From positions 39,111-103,110 of the forward strand of contig JAFLVM010000003.1 in NCBI GenBank assembly GCA_022508305.1: a DNA stretch of 64,000 nucleotides, in the 5' to 3' direction. Shown piece by piece: positions 20,434 to 31,455 of this stretch. A program made the position numbers and the translations under genes. The notes under the pieces are model-generated. The model was not told the DNA's origin. It worked only from the letters and a program-made list of their open reading frames with translations, and searched no databases. The DNA is from Clostridiales bacterium. Its GTDB lineage: Bacteria > Bacillota > Clostridia > Christensenellales > CAG-314. Every line of letters starts with the position of its first letter. Position 1 is the first letter of the stretch.

Positions 20434-21339
20434 ATGGCTTTTTTACGTGCCTTCGATAATGTGAATATCAGTAAAATGAATTCGGGCGATTCTGCTTATA
20501 TAAAGAATGATATTGAACTTCAATTTTCTGACAACAATCACTATCTCAAACTGAATCCTTGCTATAATGTTGCGCTTTTTACTTTGTTAAAAGATGATGT
20601 TACCAAGGGCAACGTTTTTCCTGCTCTACGCAATAATGAGCTTCACTTTTATTATAAAGGCGGATGTCTTTTTAAGTTTGTAAACGGCGCATTCTATAGG
20701 GATTCAAAATACAAAGGATATAGCGCAGGTGTTGAGGGATTGACTTCCTACGAAAAATCTAAAAAACAGAACGAAAACAAATTCACTAACAAAAAAGGTG
20801 AAATAACTGAACGACAGTTTTTAGATAAGCTGTATTGTCATACATATAATCCAAATTTAAAATCAAAGACAGTAGTACTTGATATCGAAGTAAACCTTAA
20901 AGGCAATATCGGTTGGGGCAAGAAATGCGATCTTGTTCTTCTGAACACCGAAACCGACGAGATAATGTTTGTGGAGGGAAAAGTTTACTCCGATGACCGT
21001 GTAAGAAGTGCTGTCGGTTACATTCCAAGAGTTATAGAGCAGGTTAATATATATACTCAAGCGATTGCAGAGCAGAGGCAAACTATTATTGAACAGTACG
21101 CCGAATATATACGCATAGTAAACGAGTTGTTCAATACTCATTATAAATCTCCTCGAAAGCTGATCGAGCCTGCGAAATTACTTGTCTACAAGACAGGTGG
21201 CGGTATAGCGGAAAACGTTCGTTATACAATAGAAACAATCAATAAAAAACTTGGTGATAGTAGCGTTATGTGGGTAAAAGACGAGGAACCGACCTTGGAC
21301 GAAATATGGAATGCGCTCAGCGGTGAAATATGCAGATAA
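20434..21339 (+). CDS. Putative PD-(D/E)xK (restriction-endonuclease-like) nuclease
   Basis: LDIEV...KCDLVLL...FVEGK...EQVNIY matches the E..D..ExK..QxxxY pattern; AT-rich; directly after tRNA-Leu. Confidence 0.6.
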   Translation: MAFLRAFDNVNISKMNSGDSAYIKNDIELQFSDNNHYLKLNPCYNVALFTLLKDDVTKGNVFPALRNNELHFYYKGGCLFKFVNGAFYRDSKYKGYSAGVEGLTSYEKSKKQNENKFTNKKGEITERQFLDKLYCHTYNPNLKSKTVVLDIEVNLKGNIGWGKKCDLVLLNTETDEIMFVEGKVYSDDRVRSAVGYIPRVIEQVNIYTQAIAEQRQTIIEQYAEYIRIVNELFNTHYKSPRKLIEPAKLLVYKTGGGIAENVRYTIETINKKLGDSSVMWVKDEEPTLDEIWNALSGEICR

Positions 21340-22544
21340 AAATTTATAGAGGAACCCATCAGATAGGCGGATGTATTACCGAAATACAAACAACACGGAC
21401 GCGAATAATTATAGATATTGGCGCGGAGCTTCCAAGAGCGGACAAATTTGAAAATTCGCCGCCTGAAATTGACGGCATAACGCGAGGTGAAGCTAATTGC
21501 GACGGTATATTTATAACTCACTACCACGGTGACCATGTAGGAATGTTTGAAGAAGTCTTGCCGTCAATACCTATTTATATGGGCAAAGCGGCTAAGCAAA
21601 TATATTCAGTTGTTCAGCAAATTCTAAAACGCAAGCTTGACAAAGGCAATCCCAAGCTTGTTGCGGATTTCAAAACGTTTGATGCGGGCAAACCTATTCA
21701 AATAAAAGACATAAAAGTAACGCCATATTCGATAGACCATTCAGCGTTTGACGCATACATGTTTTTAATTGAAGCGGAGGGTAAGCGCGTACTGCATACG
21801 GGTGATTTTCGTATGCACGGCGCAAAAGGTCGCAAAATGCCCGCCGTATTTGAAAAGTATGCTCGTGATATTGATGTGTTGATAACCGAGGGAACTATGA
21901 TGAGTCGCGTTGATGAAAAAATCATAACCGAACATGAGCTTGGCAGAAGGGCAAAGGAAATCCTGAGAGATAATAAAAACGTATTCGTACTATGCAGTTC
22001 TACAAATATAGATACGATAGCCGAGTTTTACAGTGCTGCAATAGCAAACAAAAAACCGTTTATTGTGTGCGAGGACGATTTTCAGCTTGAAATTTTGCGT
22101 ACTGTTACCGAAAACTCAAAATCGTCTTTTTACAATTTTGACAGACAGAAAATTTACGTTTACGGATATAACCTTCATGACTATATGCTTGAACGCGGTT
22201 TCTGCTTTCTTGGAAGAACTAACCACGTAACGCAAAAAGCGCTTGAGAATTTTCCCGCAAACGTTTTGGTTTATTCGATGTGGAAAGGCTATCTTGATAA
22301 GACGCATCCCGCATACGACGAATACAAATATGCATTTGTTAAAAAAGCTATTGCGGGCGGAAGTCGTCTTGAATATCTGCATACAAGCGGTCATGCGACT
22401 GCAGAGCAAATAAAGAAAGTCTGTGAAATAACAAACGCAAAGATAATTATTCCTATTCATTCCGAGAAACCGGAAGCATTTTTGCATTTAGGAATAAACT
22501 GCGATGTACGTCTTTTACATGATGGCGAGAGTGTTTTAATTTAG
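21330..22544 (+). CDS. Metallo-beta-lactamase-fold beta-CASP (RNase J-like) nuclease
   Basis: QIGG, THYHGDH, HS, TGDFR, EGT, HTSGHA, IPIH; overlaps the upstream gene by 10 nt. Confidence 0.85.
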   Translation: MQIKIYRGTHQIGGCITEIQTTRTRIIIDIGAELPRADKFENSPPEIDGITRGEANCDGIFITHYHGDHVGMFEEVLPSIPIYMGKAAKQIYSVVQQILKRKLDKGNPKLVADFKTFDAGKPIQIKDIKVTPYSIDHSAFDAYMFLIEAEGKRVLHTGDFRMHGAKGRKMPAVFEKYARDIDVLITEGTMMSRVDEKIITEHELGRRAKEILRDNKNVFVLCSSTNIDTIAEFYSAAIANKKPFIVCEDDFQLEILRTVTENSKSSFYNFDRQKIYVYGYNLHDYMLERGFCFLGRTNHVTQKALENFPANVLVYSMWKGYLDKTHPAYDEYKYAFVKKAIAGGSRLEYLHTSGHATAEQIKKVCEITNAKIIIPIHSEKPEAFLHLGINCDVRLLHDGESVLI

Positions 22545-22696
22545 ATGAATCATGGCCGTGAACGCTCCGGCTATTGATTTGAACTGTTAGTAATTTTTGT
22601 GTCAAAATCTGCAACAATGCAGATAGGATGGCTCACAAAGTACAGTAACAAAGAGGACACAATTTGTGTCCTCTTTTCAATTGCCGTTGAATGTGT

Positions 22697-23866
22697 TTAT
22701 TCGGCGGTAGTGTTGTTGTGTTTTGTCACAACGTCGATTAGCATTTGTTCCATACGCTTCATGCATTCGTCTTGATTGAAAACTATGGATTTTTCAAGGT
22801 ATTTCTTTTCGTATTCTTTTTTCAATTCCGGATTTTCAATCCAAAAATCAATAACTCTTGCAAGGTCTTTCGGGTTGCGACATTTGAAAATACATTTTTC
22901 ATCTACGGCAAACTCCTTTGTCGCCGCAAGCTTGGAATCGGACACGATAGTCAGTTTTCCGCACGCTATCGCCTCCAAGCAAGCAATGCCCTCAAGTTCG
23001 ATTTCGGCAGAATGTACGTAAATGTCGCAGTAGTTTATGACGTCGATTATGTCAGTTCTGCTGTAAAAGTTGAATACGGGCGCTACGGGCAAATCTTGAG
23101 CTAATTTCTTGTAGTATTTTTCCTTAGGGCCGATTCCGCCGAAAATGAGTTGTATTTCATCCTTGTGGCGAGAATATTTAATTGCTTTGAGTAGTGTATC
23201 TTGAGATTTTTCTCTCGCAAGTCTACCAACGGACAGTATAACGATTTTGTCCTTGTACTCTTCGGGTTTAGGTTGTTCGCGCTTTTGCACGTAGCTGTGT
23301 ACGCCGTTGGAAATTACGTAGGCGGGCGTTGACTTCCTAACACTGTGTTCAAAGACGTTTTTGATAAACTCCGTAGGGTAGTGTATTGCGCTTACGTGTT
23401 TGTATAGATGGTCGTATATGAACAAGTAAACAAGGTCGTTAGCAGGCTTGATTTTGTTAAGCTTTAAATAACTTGTCAAATTTTCCGCCTGCATGTGAAA
23501 TCCTGCCGTAACGGGAATGTTCATTTCTCGAGCAATTTTCGCCGCTTTTATGCCAAGGCTCAGCGGAACCATAATGTGAACTACGTCAGCCCCAGTCAAG
23601 GCTTGTCTGATAATATGCGCTTCGGGTTTTGCTATGGTTACGCCGACTTTCTCAACGTAGGCGTTTAGAAGCGCGCCAAAGTCATAGTCCGGTACTACAA
23701 AAACGTCTTCATCGCCAATTCTGTCTTGGTCGCCGCACAAAATTCTAACCGTGTGTCCTTGCGCCTTCAAAAATCTTATCAAATTCATTGCCGCAACTGT
23801 GGTGCCGTTGTTTTCTTTTCCAAGCACGTCACAAACAACTGTGATTGTCATTGATTTTTCCTCCAT
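22697..23866 (-). CDS. GT4 glycosyltransferase (possibly a glycolipid synthase)
   Basis: NGTT N-terminal motif, VGRLAREK, ELEGIACLEA (EX7E). Confidence 0.88.
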   Translation of the reverse strand: MEEKSMTITVVCDVLGKENNGTTVAAMNLIRFLKAQGHTVRILCGDQDRIGDEDVFVVPDYDFGALLNAYVEKVGVTIAKPEAHIIRQALTGADVVHIMVPLSLGIKAAKIAREMNIPVTAGFHMQAENLTSYLKLNKIKPANDLVYLFIYDHLYKHVSAIHYPTEFIKNVFEHSVRKSTPAYVISNGVHSYVQKREQPKPEEYKDKIVILSVGRLAREKSQDTLLKAIKYSRHKDEIQLIFGGIGPKEKYYKKLAQDLPVAPVFNFYSRTDIIDVINYCDIYVHSAEIELEGIACLEAIACGKLTIVSDSKLAATKEFAVDEKCIFKCRNPKDLARVIDFWIENPELKKEYEKKYLEKSIVFNQDECMKRMEQMLIDVVTKHNNTTAE

Positions 23867-24059
23867 AATTGTTAGGTCGGTAAATTACAAACTTCAAAAG
23901 TCTGCATATTCAATACAAAATAAACACAACAATTATATTACTTACTGCTAATACTGTCAAAACGGAAAACTGAATGGAGAAAAAATCTTTTTCATTTATT
24001 ATTAGATAAATAGCGCGTGGGCTGGTAAAAACTTTCAATTTAGTGTATAATGGTTTACA

Positions 24060-24554
24060 ATGAAAAAGCTTTCAAATTTATTACTGACGATATTGATTAT
24101 ATGTTTGCTTTTGACATTTGCCGCTTGTCCTAATAATCCCAACACGGGCAATCCCGCGGACGGTGAACAAAACGGCGGCGACAGTCAAAGTGGCGGTAGT
24201 GACGAGGTGACCTCTATGAAAATTACGATAGGAAACAGCGAGTTTTCGGCAACGCTATACGAAACCGAAGCGGCGAAGGCCTTTGCTAAGCTGTTGCCTC
24301 TTACTCTCAACATGAGTGAACTGAACGGTAACGAGAAATATCACAATCTTTCAACGACATTACCCACTAAAACCGAGAGCGTTGGCCGTATCAACGCAGG
24401 GGACGTTATGTTGTGGCAGAGCAACTGTATCGTCCTGTTTTACGAGAGTTTCGCAACATCATACTCTTATACCAAAATCGGCAAAATCGACGACGTAACA
24501 GGACTTGTACAGGCAGTTGGTAGAGGTAGTGTTACGGTGACTTTTTCATTGTAA
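24060..24554 (+). CDS. Lipoprotein with cyclophilin-like fold domain
   Basis: Lipobox FAAC; LPLTL...LNGNEKY...GDVMLW...IVLFY...YTKIG. Confidence 0.8.
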   Translation: MKKLSNLLLTILIICLLLTFAACPNNPNTGNPADGEQNGGDSQSGGSDEVTSMKITIGNSEFSATLYETEAAKAFAKLLPLTLNMSELNGNEKYHNLSTTLPTKTESVGRINAGDVMLWQSNCIVLFYESFATSYSYTKIGKIDDVTGLVQAVGRGSVTVTFSL

Positions 24555-24629
24555 AGGTCGTCAACGCATTTGAAATCAAAGTAAAATAAAATTCAATAAG
24601 ATTTTCTATTAAAATAACAGGAGAACATT

Positions 24630-24899
24630 ATGAAAAAATTACTTTCAAGCAAACTATTCGTAATACTTACGCCCATTATTGTATTAGTTGTAGGTATAGC
24701 CGCAGCAGTATTATTGAGTTTACAACCAAATGTATACGGTAATATATCAGGCGGTTTTGGACTTGTCAAAACGCAGTATGTATTCAGTTTGATGCACGCA
24801 TGCGCATATTCGCTTCTTGCTGTTGTATTGTCTTGCATTACGCTGTTGCTTTGTGCTGTATTACGTAAATTAGCTAAAGTTCAAGATCGCGCTGAGTAA
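24630..24899 (+). CDS. Small two-TM hypothetical protein
   Basis: RBS AGGAG; two hydrophobic segments; followed by terminator 24925-24959. Confidence 0.55.
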   Translation: MKKLLSSKLFVILTPIIVLVVGIAAAVLLSLQPNVYGNISGGFGLVKTQYVFSLMHACAYSLLAVVLSCITLLLCAVLRKLAKVQDRAE

Positions 24900-24984
24900 C
24901 AAACAATTTTATATAGCAATACGAAAAAAGATTAGAGCGATAAACTCTAATCTTTTTTTGCTATATTATTTTATTTTTTTCAAG

Positions 24985-26136
24985 TTACATAAATAATCCT
25001 GCAAGTAGTTGCACACCTACCAACACAAACAAGAACGAGAAATTGATTGCAAAGAAAACTGCCAAATACCGTTTTGTCGCGGTAGGATTGTGCTTTTTGA
25101 ATTCGTTTAGCGTAATCAAGCTTGCAAGAGATGCGATAGGCGTACCCAGCCCGCCGATGTTCACCGCAACCAACAAATTGCTGTAATCTTGCGTAAATTT
25201 TGACAGTAATACTGCTGTTGGGACGTTACTTATGAACTGACAGCTTGCAACACCTACAAGCAGCGGCGAGCTTTCAACAACTTGAGCAAGCAAACCGTGT
25301 ATGGCTTCAATTCGCGCAATGTTTCCCGAAAAAACGAAAAATGCAACGAAAGTTATCAGTAGACCGTAATCCACCTTGCCCAAGGATTTGTAATCAAGCG
25401 CGAGCATTGCGACTACGACAACTGCAAATACTATGTACCAAGGTAACACGTCAAACACAATCAGTACGGATAGCACAAACAGCACGGCGTACACTATGGA
25501 GCGCCAAACGGAGGGAGTCGTTTCCTGTTCTGCGTAAAGCTGAATTCTATCTTTTTTGATAAAAAGACAAACTCCTACAATCAACAGCAGTGCAACGGCG
25601 CAAGGCAACGCCATTATTTTGAAAAATTGCGCTGCAGACAATTCATAAAAGCCGTAAAGATATATGTTTTGAGGATTGCCGAAGGGCGTCAACATTCCGC
25701 CGAGATTTGCAGCCACGTTTTGCATCACGAAAACGATAGGCATTTTGTCCCGCCTGTTGCAGCTTTCGAGTGCAACGTAGCCAAGGGGCAGGAACGTGAT
25801 GAGCGCCATATCGTTTGCCATAATCATAGAGCCGAAATAGGTCACGAATACGAGAGCGAACACGGTGTTGCGCAAATTTCCGAATTTCAGGACAATTTTC
25901 TTCGCTAGCCATGTGAAAAAGTGAATGTGTTTGAATGCTGAAACTACGGCAAGAGTGCAAAACAACGTCGCAAGGGTGGACAAATCGAAATAGCCGAGAT
26001 ATTCTTTGTCAAAGGGCACGAAAATACAGGTAATCAACGCCAACACGACCGCGATAATCGGCATTAGGTGTTGACGTAGGAATTTGCAAAAACCTGCAAA
26101 GTTATTACGACTTTTTTCCTTTGTTTGAGTACTCAT
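24985..26136 (-). CDS. Ion transporter superfamily permease (ArsB/NhaD/citrate-type)
   Basis: Multi-TM; ANLGGMLTPFGNPQN and SNVP motifs; start approximate. Confidence 0.85.
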   Translation of the reverse strand: MSTQTKEKSRNNFAGFCKFLRQHLMPIIAVVLALITCIFVPFDKEYLGYFDLSTLATLFCTLAVVSAFKHIHFFTWLAKKIVLKFGNLRNTVFALVFVTYFGSMIMANDMALITFLPLGYVALESCNRRDKMPIVFVMQNVAANLGGMLTPFGNPQNIYLYGFYELSAAQFFKIMALPCAVALLLIVGVCLFIKKDRIQLYAEQETTPSVWRSIVYAVLFVLSVLIVFDVLPWYIVFAVVVVAMLALDYKSLGKVDYGLLITFVAFFVFSGNIARIEAIHGLLAQVVESSPLLVGVASCQFISNVPTAVLLSKFTQDYSNLLVAVNIGGLGTPIASLASLITLNEFKKHNPTATKRYLAVFFAINFSFLFVLVGVQLLAGLFM

Positions 26137-26245
26137 ATCTTTTACCGCGAAAGATTGTAAATCTTTGTCCAATACAAGTCAAGCAATCACAATATTTTTT
26201 TGACTATTTTGCTTGCATTCTTTATAAAATGGGAATATAATATAC

Positions 26246-26264
26246 ATACACTGGGTGGGGGTGT
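26246..26264. promoter_or_regulatory. Probable CsoR operator
   Basis: ATACAC...GGGGGTGT G-tract pseudo-palindrome immediately upstream of copA-csoR. Confidence 0.5.
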
Positions 26265-26269
26265 CTACC

Positions 26270-28840
26270 ATGAAACAAATTTTTAACGTAACGGGAATGA
26301 CATGCGCCGCTTGTTCTGCGCACGTGGAAAACGCCGTAAAAAAACTTGACGGTGTAACAACTGTCAGCGTCAGCCTGCTCACAAATAGCATGGCGGTGGA
26401 GTTTGACGAGAACAAGACGAGCGTAAAAGCAATAATTTCCGCAGTAAGTAAGTCGGGCTACGGCGCAGAGGCGAAAGGACAAGACAAAGGGCAAGCCGCA
26501 ACAACCGCAACGGACGACGGCATATTGAAGGACAATGAAACTCCCAAACTGTTAGTTCGTTTCCTTGTGTCGCTTGTGTTTTTGCTGTTGCTTATGTATA
26601 TATCTATGGGCAACATGATGTGGGGATGGCCGCTGCCATCATTTTTGGCGGAAAACCACATTGCCATTGGACTTGTACAGTTGTTGCTGTCCGCAATAAT
26701 AATGGTCATCAATCAACGCTTTTTCGTTAACGGCTTCAAGAGCCTGTGGCGGCGCGCTCCCAACATGGACGCGTTGGTAGCGTTAGGCGCAACAGCTGCG
26801 TTCATATACAGCACGGTAGCGTTGTTTTTGATGATTGATTTGTATGCAAAAGGCGATCATATGGGCGCAATGACGTACATGGACGAATTCTACTTCGAGT
26901 CGGCAGGCACGATACTTACACTTATTACACTTGGTAAAATGTTGGAGTCGCGCTCAAAAGGTAAAACTACAAACGCGCTCAAAAGCTTGATGAAATTAGC
27001 GCCCAAAACGGCGGTAATAGTGCGTGACGGCGAAGAAATAACCGTACCTATCGAACAGGTGAAAAAGGGTGACGTTTACGTTGTTCGCCCGGGGGAAAGC
27101 ATACCCGTAGACGGTGTAGTGTTGGACGGCAACAGCGCGGTGGACGAGTCGTCGTTGACAGGCGAAAGCATACCCGTAGACAAGGCGATAGGCGACACTG
27201 TTTCGGCTGGAACACTCAACCAGTCGGGTTTCATACGCTGCGAAGCAACCCGCGTTGGCGAAGATACCACGCTTTCGCAGATAATTCAAATGGTAAGTGA
27301 CGCTGCGGCTACAAAAGCTCCTATCGCCAAGATTGCCGACAAGGTGTCAGGCGTGTTCGTGCCCGTTGTAATGGGCATAGCTCTCGTAACTTTCGTCATT
27401 TGGCTGTGCGTAGGACGGACTTTCGGTTACGCCCTTGCCCGCGCAATTTCGGTACTTGTAATCAGTTGCCCCTGCGCGTTGGGGCTTGCTACACCTGTCG
27501 CAGTAATGGTAGGTAACGGCAAAGGCGCTAAAAACGGCATTTTGTTCAAAACGGCAGCCTCGCTTGAAGAAACGGGCAAGGCTAAGTACGTGGTCTTGGA
27601 CAAAACGGGAACGATAACCGAAGGTCAGCCGCAAGTAACGGACATAGTTGCCGTAGGCGGAATGTCGGAAAAGGAACTGCTGGAAATCGCTTACGCGTTG
27701 GAGCAAAAGAGCGAGCACCCGCTTGCGCGCGCAATCAACAGGAAAGCCGAGGAAGAAGGCATTACCGCAAACGAGGTTACCGACTTTAAGGCGGTTGCTG
27801 GCAACGGACTGACTGCTACGCTTGGGGGCGCTGTGCTCTACGGCGGCAATTTTAATTTTATTAGTCAAGAAGTATCAATTGACGACGAAGCAAAAGCCAA
27901 AGCCGAGCAATTCGCAAGCGAAGGCAAAACACCCTTGTTTTTCTCACGTGACGGGCAGTTCCTTGGTATCATTGCCGTAGCAGACGTAATAAAAGCGGAC
28001 AGTCACGAGGCAATAGCACAGTTGCAAGATATGGGTATACGCGTAATTATGCTTACGGGCGACAACGAAAAGACGGCGCAGGCAATAGCAAAGCTTGCGG
28101 GCGTGGACGAGGTGATAGCGGGCGTGTTACCCGACGGCAAGGAAAGCGTTGTGCGTGAACTCAAGACAAAGGGCAAGGTTGTAATGGTGGGCGACGGAAT
28201 CAACGACGCTCCCGCTCTGACTTCCGCCGACATAGGCATAGCAATCGGCGCAGGCACCGACGTCGCCATTGACGCGGCGGACGTAGTTCTTATGAAAAAC
28301 AGTCTTTTGGACGTGCCCGCAGCAATACGCTTGAGCCGCAGAACGTTACTCAACATTCGCGAAAACTTGTTTTGGGCATTTATTTACAATTCACTCGGAA
28401 TACCCCTTGCGGCAGGCGCGTTCATCTCGTTGTTCGGTTGGCAATTGAGTCCCATGTTCGGCGCTGCGGCAATGAGTTTGTCCAGTTTCTGCGTGGTTAT
28501 GAATGCGTTGAGACTGAATCTGTTCAACGTACACAAGAGTAGAAAAAGTCACAAGTTAAACGCTTTAAATAACGAAGAAAACAATTTAAAACAGCAAACT
28601 AATACACAAATCAAGGAGGCAACTATGAAATATCAACTGAGTATCGAAGGCATGATGTGCGGTCACTGCACGGCGCGCGTAGAAAAGGCTTTGAGTTCAA
28701 CCCGCGGCGTACTGTCCGTAAACGTAAGTCTTGAGGACAAAAACGCGACCGTTGAGGTAAAAGACAGAGTTAAGGCTGACGCTTTGAAAAAAGCAGTGGA
28801 AGCGGCGGGCTATACCGTTAGCGGAGTAGTAGAATTATGA
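26270..28840 (+). CDS. copA: Copper-translocating P1B-type ATPase with N- and C-terminal HMA domains
   Basis: GMTCAAC, CPC, DKTGT, SEHP, YN/MxxSS Cu(I) residues, C-terminal GMMCGHC. Confidence 0.93.
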   Translation: MKQIFNVTGMTCAACSAHVENAVKKLDGVTTVSVSLLTNSMAVEFDENKTSVKAIISAVSKSGYGAEAKGQDKGQAATTATDDGILKDNETPKLLVRFLVSLVFLLLLMYISMGNMMWGWPLPSFLAENHIAIGLVQLLLSAIIMVINQRFFVNGFKSLWRRAPNMDALVALGATAAFIYSTVALFLMIDLYAKGDHMGAMTYMDEFYFESAGTILTLITLGKMLESRSKGKTTNALKSLMKLAPKTAVIVRDGEEITVPIEQVKKGDVYVVRPGESIPVDGVVLDGNSAVDESSLTGESIPVDKAIGDTVSAGTLNQSGFIRCEATRVGEDTTLSQIIQMVSDAAATKAPIAKIADKVSGVFVPVVMGIALVTFVIWLCVGRTFGYALARAISVLVISCPCALGLATPVAVMVGNGKGAKNGILFKTAASLEETGKAKYVVLDKTGTITEGQPQVTDIVAVGGMSEKELLEIAYALEQKSEHPLARAINRKAEEEGITANEVTDFKAVAGNGLTATLGGAVLYGGNFNFISQEVSIDDEAKAKAEQFASEGKTPLFFSRDGQFLGIIAVADVIKADSHEAIAQLQDMGIRVIMLTGDNEKTAQAIAKLAGVDEVIAGVLPDGKESVVRELKTKGKVVMVGDGINDAPALTSADIGIAIGAGTDVAIDAADVVLMKNSLLDVPAAIRLSRRTLLNIRENLFWAFIYNSLGIPLAAGAFISLFGWQLSPMFGAAAMSLSSFCVVMNALRLNLFNVHKSRKSHKLNALNNEENNLKQQTNTQIKEATMKYQLSIEGMMCGHCTARVEKALSSTRGVLSVNVSLEDKNATVEVKDRVKADALKKAVEAAGYTVSGVVEL

Positions 28841-29094
28841 TGGGAGACAGAGCTAAGGCTACACGCCTACTCAAAACGGCGCGCGGACAAATGGACGGTA
28901 TTCTCAAGATGATTGAGGAAAACCGTTACTGCATTGAAATTTCCAATCAAATCATGGCTTGTCAGGCAATACTTTCCAAGGTCAACAAAGAGGTGCTCAA
29001 CGCGCATCTTTGTACTTGTGTGTTAAACTCATCAGGCGAGGACAGCAAGGAAAAGCTACAGGAAATCTCGCAAGTGTTAGACAAACTGCTTTGA
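28837..29094 (+). CDS. csoR: CsoR-family metal-sensing repressor
   Basis: [16 protein letters not shown]...HLCTC (C-H-C ligands); overlaps copA stop. Confidence 0.88.
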   Translation: MMGDRAKATRLLKTARGQMDGILKMIEENRYCIEISNQIMACQAILSKVNKEVLNAHLCTCVLNSSGEDSKEKLQEISQVLDKLL

Positions 29095-29141
29095 CAAAAT
29101 AAAACTTGAAAGAATTGCATTTTCACTCATATATTAGTGAT

Positions 29142-29417
29142 ATGAACAATTCTTTCAGTCAATGTGTAGCAGACATCTGCGGTTTGGAACTGGCAACTCT
29201 CGTCAAGGACTACAAGTACTCGGTATTCGGCGGACACACGGTGGTCGTGGAAGGACACAAAGGTATCGTTGTCTATTCCACCACACAAGTGTCCTTTGCC
29301 GTAGGGAAGTCCACCTTGCAAATTTGCGGTGACAACCTCAATATCAAATGTTTAGAAAAGCACTTTGCCGTAGTAGTTGGCAAGGTGCTATCCGTCGAGG
29401 TGAAAGATGCGAAATAG
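29142..29417 (+). CDS. yqfC: YabP/YqfC family sporulation protein
   Basis: VEGHKGIVVY...ICGDNLNI...VVGKV; position upstream of yqfD-phoH. Confidence 0.75.
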   Translation: MNNSFSQCVADICGLELATLVKDYKYSVFGGHTVVVEGHKGIVVYSTTQVSFAVGKSTLQICGDNLNIKCLEKHFAVVVGKVLSVEVKDAK

Positions 29418-30489
29418 TTGTCAAATCACCTTCGAGGGGCTTAACGTCAACAGAACGCTTGCGCAGCTTTCAAAACTGGGAATTGCGTTATACGGCGTTA
29501 CAAGACAGGGTAAAATTACTACGATTGTAGTTCCGCAGCGACGCGCAAAGCAGACTGTTGCATTGTTGCAGGAAAGGTGCTATAATATAATAGATATAAA
29601 ATACTTTGGTCTTGCGGCAGCGGCGAAATTCGTGAAATTTCGGTTTGTCTTGCCGATAATTTGCATTTTAGCGGCATTTGTACTTGCAATTTCCTCACAG
29701 TTTTGTTTCAAAATTGTGGTTACGGGCGACTTTGATAGCGACGCCGTTTACGAAGCATTGAGTGACGCAGGCGTAAGTGTTGGCAGCAATATGTCCAAGC
29801 TTAACGTGGACGTGTTGGAAAACACCCTTGCCAACGAGATGGGCGCCATGTACGCCGTCGTTACGCGCTCGGGCAGCGTTTTGTACGTCAACGTGGTGGC
29901 AAAAAAGCAAATTGACCCGCCAATTGACATGACGGCTCGTCGCGATATTGTGGCAACCCGCGCGGGTGTGGTGACTCAACTACTTTGCGAACAGGGAACC
30001 GCGCTTGTCAAAGTTGGCGACAGTGTGAATGCAGGCGACGTCCTCATTGAAGGCAGACGAATCTACAACGACGGAACGGGCGTTGACGTGTACGCATTGG
30101 GCAGAGTAACGCTACAAATTTCCGCAACGGGCTTTGCCGAGTACACAGGTTACAAGAGCGTAACGGTGGAAACGGGCAACGTTTTTAAAAACACAGGCGT
30201 GGTGCTGTTCGGTAAGGAATATGCAAAAGCCTGCCCCTTTGAGAGTTACAAAGTTACTACGACTGTCATGCGTCTTGCCCCGCTCAATTTGGAAATTCGC
30301 AACAACGTCTACTACGAAACGCAGACTGTCGAGGTTGCGGCGACATTCAACGAGTGCTTGGAAGAATTGAAAGCAAAAGCTGTACAAATTGCGCAGCAAA
30401 ACTGCGACTTTGCGGTTACGGACACGCAGTATATACAGAGTGAAAACGGAGTGACTGCTACGCTATACGGTGAGTTACACATAGAGTAA
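29407..30489 (+). CDS. yqfD: Sporulation protein YqfD
   Basis: DIVATRAGVV...GTALVKVGDSVNAGDVLIEG; conserved synteny. Confidence 0.8.
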   Translation: MRNSCQITFEGLNVNRTLAQLSKLGIALYGVTRQGKITTIVVPQRRAKQTVALLQERCYNIIDIKYFGLAAAAKFVKFRFVLPIICILAAFVLAISSQFCFKIVVTGDFDSDAVYEALSDAGVSVGSNMSKLNVDVLENTLANEMGAMYAVVTRSGSVLYVNVVAKKQIDPPIDMTARRDIVATRAGVVTQLLCEQGTALVKVGDSVNAGDVLIEGRRIYNDGTGVDVYALGRVTLQISATGFAEYTGYKSVTVETGNVFKNTGVVLFGKEYAKACPFESYKVTTTVMRLAPLNLEIRNNVYYETQTVEVAATFNECLEELKAKAVQIAQQNCDFAVTDTQYIQSENGVTATLYGELHIE

Positions 30490-30504
30490 ACTGGAGGCTA
30501 AAAT

Positions 30505-31455
30505 TTGGTTTTTCAAAAAATAGAAGCTGAGTCAATGGACGAACTTGTAAAGCTGTTCGGTCCGTTTGACGAAAACATAAAGGCAATCTGCGCCGCCTTT
30601 GACGTTAAGGTGGCAATGCAGGAAGGTCAAAGCAGCCTGTACGGCGACGAAGCAAACGTTGCAATGGCTATTCGCGTTGTCAACAAACTGAGAAACTTTA
30701 TCTACAATGGCGACAGCGTGGACATTGGCAGAGTAAACTATTTGTGCGACCTCATGAAGTCGGACAAGCTTGACGAAGTGGACGAGCTTATGGGCGACGT
30801 GGTGGCGATCACAAGTCGTGGCAAGCCCATCAAGTGCAAAACCGTCGGACAAAAGAAGTACGTGGACTTGATGAAGAAGAACACAATTACCTTCGGCGTC
30901 GGTCCTGCCGGAACAGGCAAAACCTACCTTGCCGTTGCAATTGCCGTAAACGCCTACAAATCCAAGCAGGTGGAAAAGATAATTCTCACCCGTCCTGCAG
31001 TAGAGGCAGGTGAAAAGTTGGGATTTTTGCCCGGTGACTTGCAGGAAAAGGTCAATCCGTACCTACGTCCGTTATACGACGCTTTGCAGGAAATGTTGGG
31101 AATGGACACCTATTCCAAAATGATGGAAAGGGGAACAATCGAGATTGCTCCGCTTGCGTACATGCGCGGGCGCACCCTCAATAACGCCTACGTCATTTTG
31201 GACGAGGCGCAAAATACCACTCGCGAACAAATAAAAATGTTTTTGACAAGATTGGGAGAAAACAGTAAAATGGTAATAACGGGCGATTTGACGCAAATTG
31301 ATTTACCCAAAGGTCTTACGTCCGGATTGAAACACGCAATAAGAATACTTAAAGACATAGACGACATTGGAATAATTCGTCTAAACGAAAAAGACGTCGT
31401 GCGCCATCCGTTGGTGCAAAAGATTGTCAAAGCATACGAAACAGAGGACAAATAA
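30505..31455 (+). CDS. phoH: PhoH-family ATPase
   Basis: GPAGTGKT, RPAVEAGEKLGFLPG, YMRGRT, DEAQN, VVRHPLV. Confidence 0.95.
   Translation: MVFQKIEAESMDELVKLFGPFDENIKAICAAFDVKVAMQEGQSSLYGDEANVAMAIRVVNKLRNFIYNGDSVDIGRVNYLCDLMKSDKLDEVDELMGDVVAITSRGKPIKCKTVGQKKYVDLMKKNTITFGVGPAGTGKTYLAVAIAVNAYKSKQVEKIILTRPAVEAGEKLGFLPGDLQEKVNPYLRPLYDALQEMLGMDTYSKMMERGTIEIAPLAYMRGRTLNNAYVILDEAQNTTREQIKMFLTRLGENSKMVITGDLTQIDLPKGLTSGLKHAIRILKDIDDIGIIRLNEKDVVRHPLVQKIVKAYETEDK

Noticed and set aside
22545-22700. attR direct repeat closing the tRNA-Leu islet
   Set aside because: No direct copy of the tRNA 3' end was found by eye and there is no integrase.
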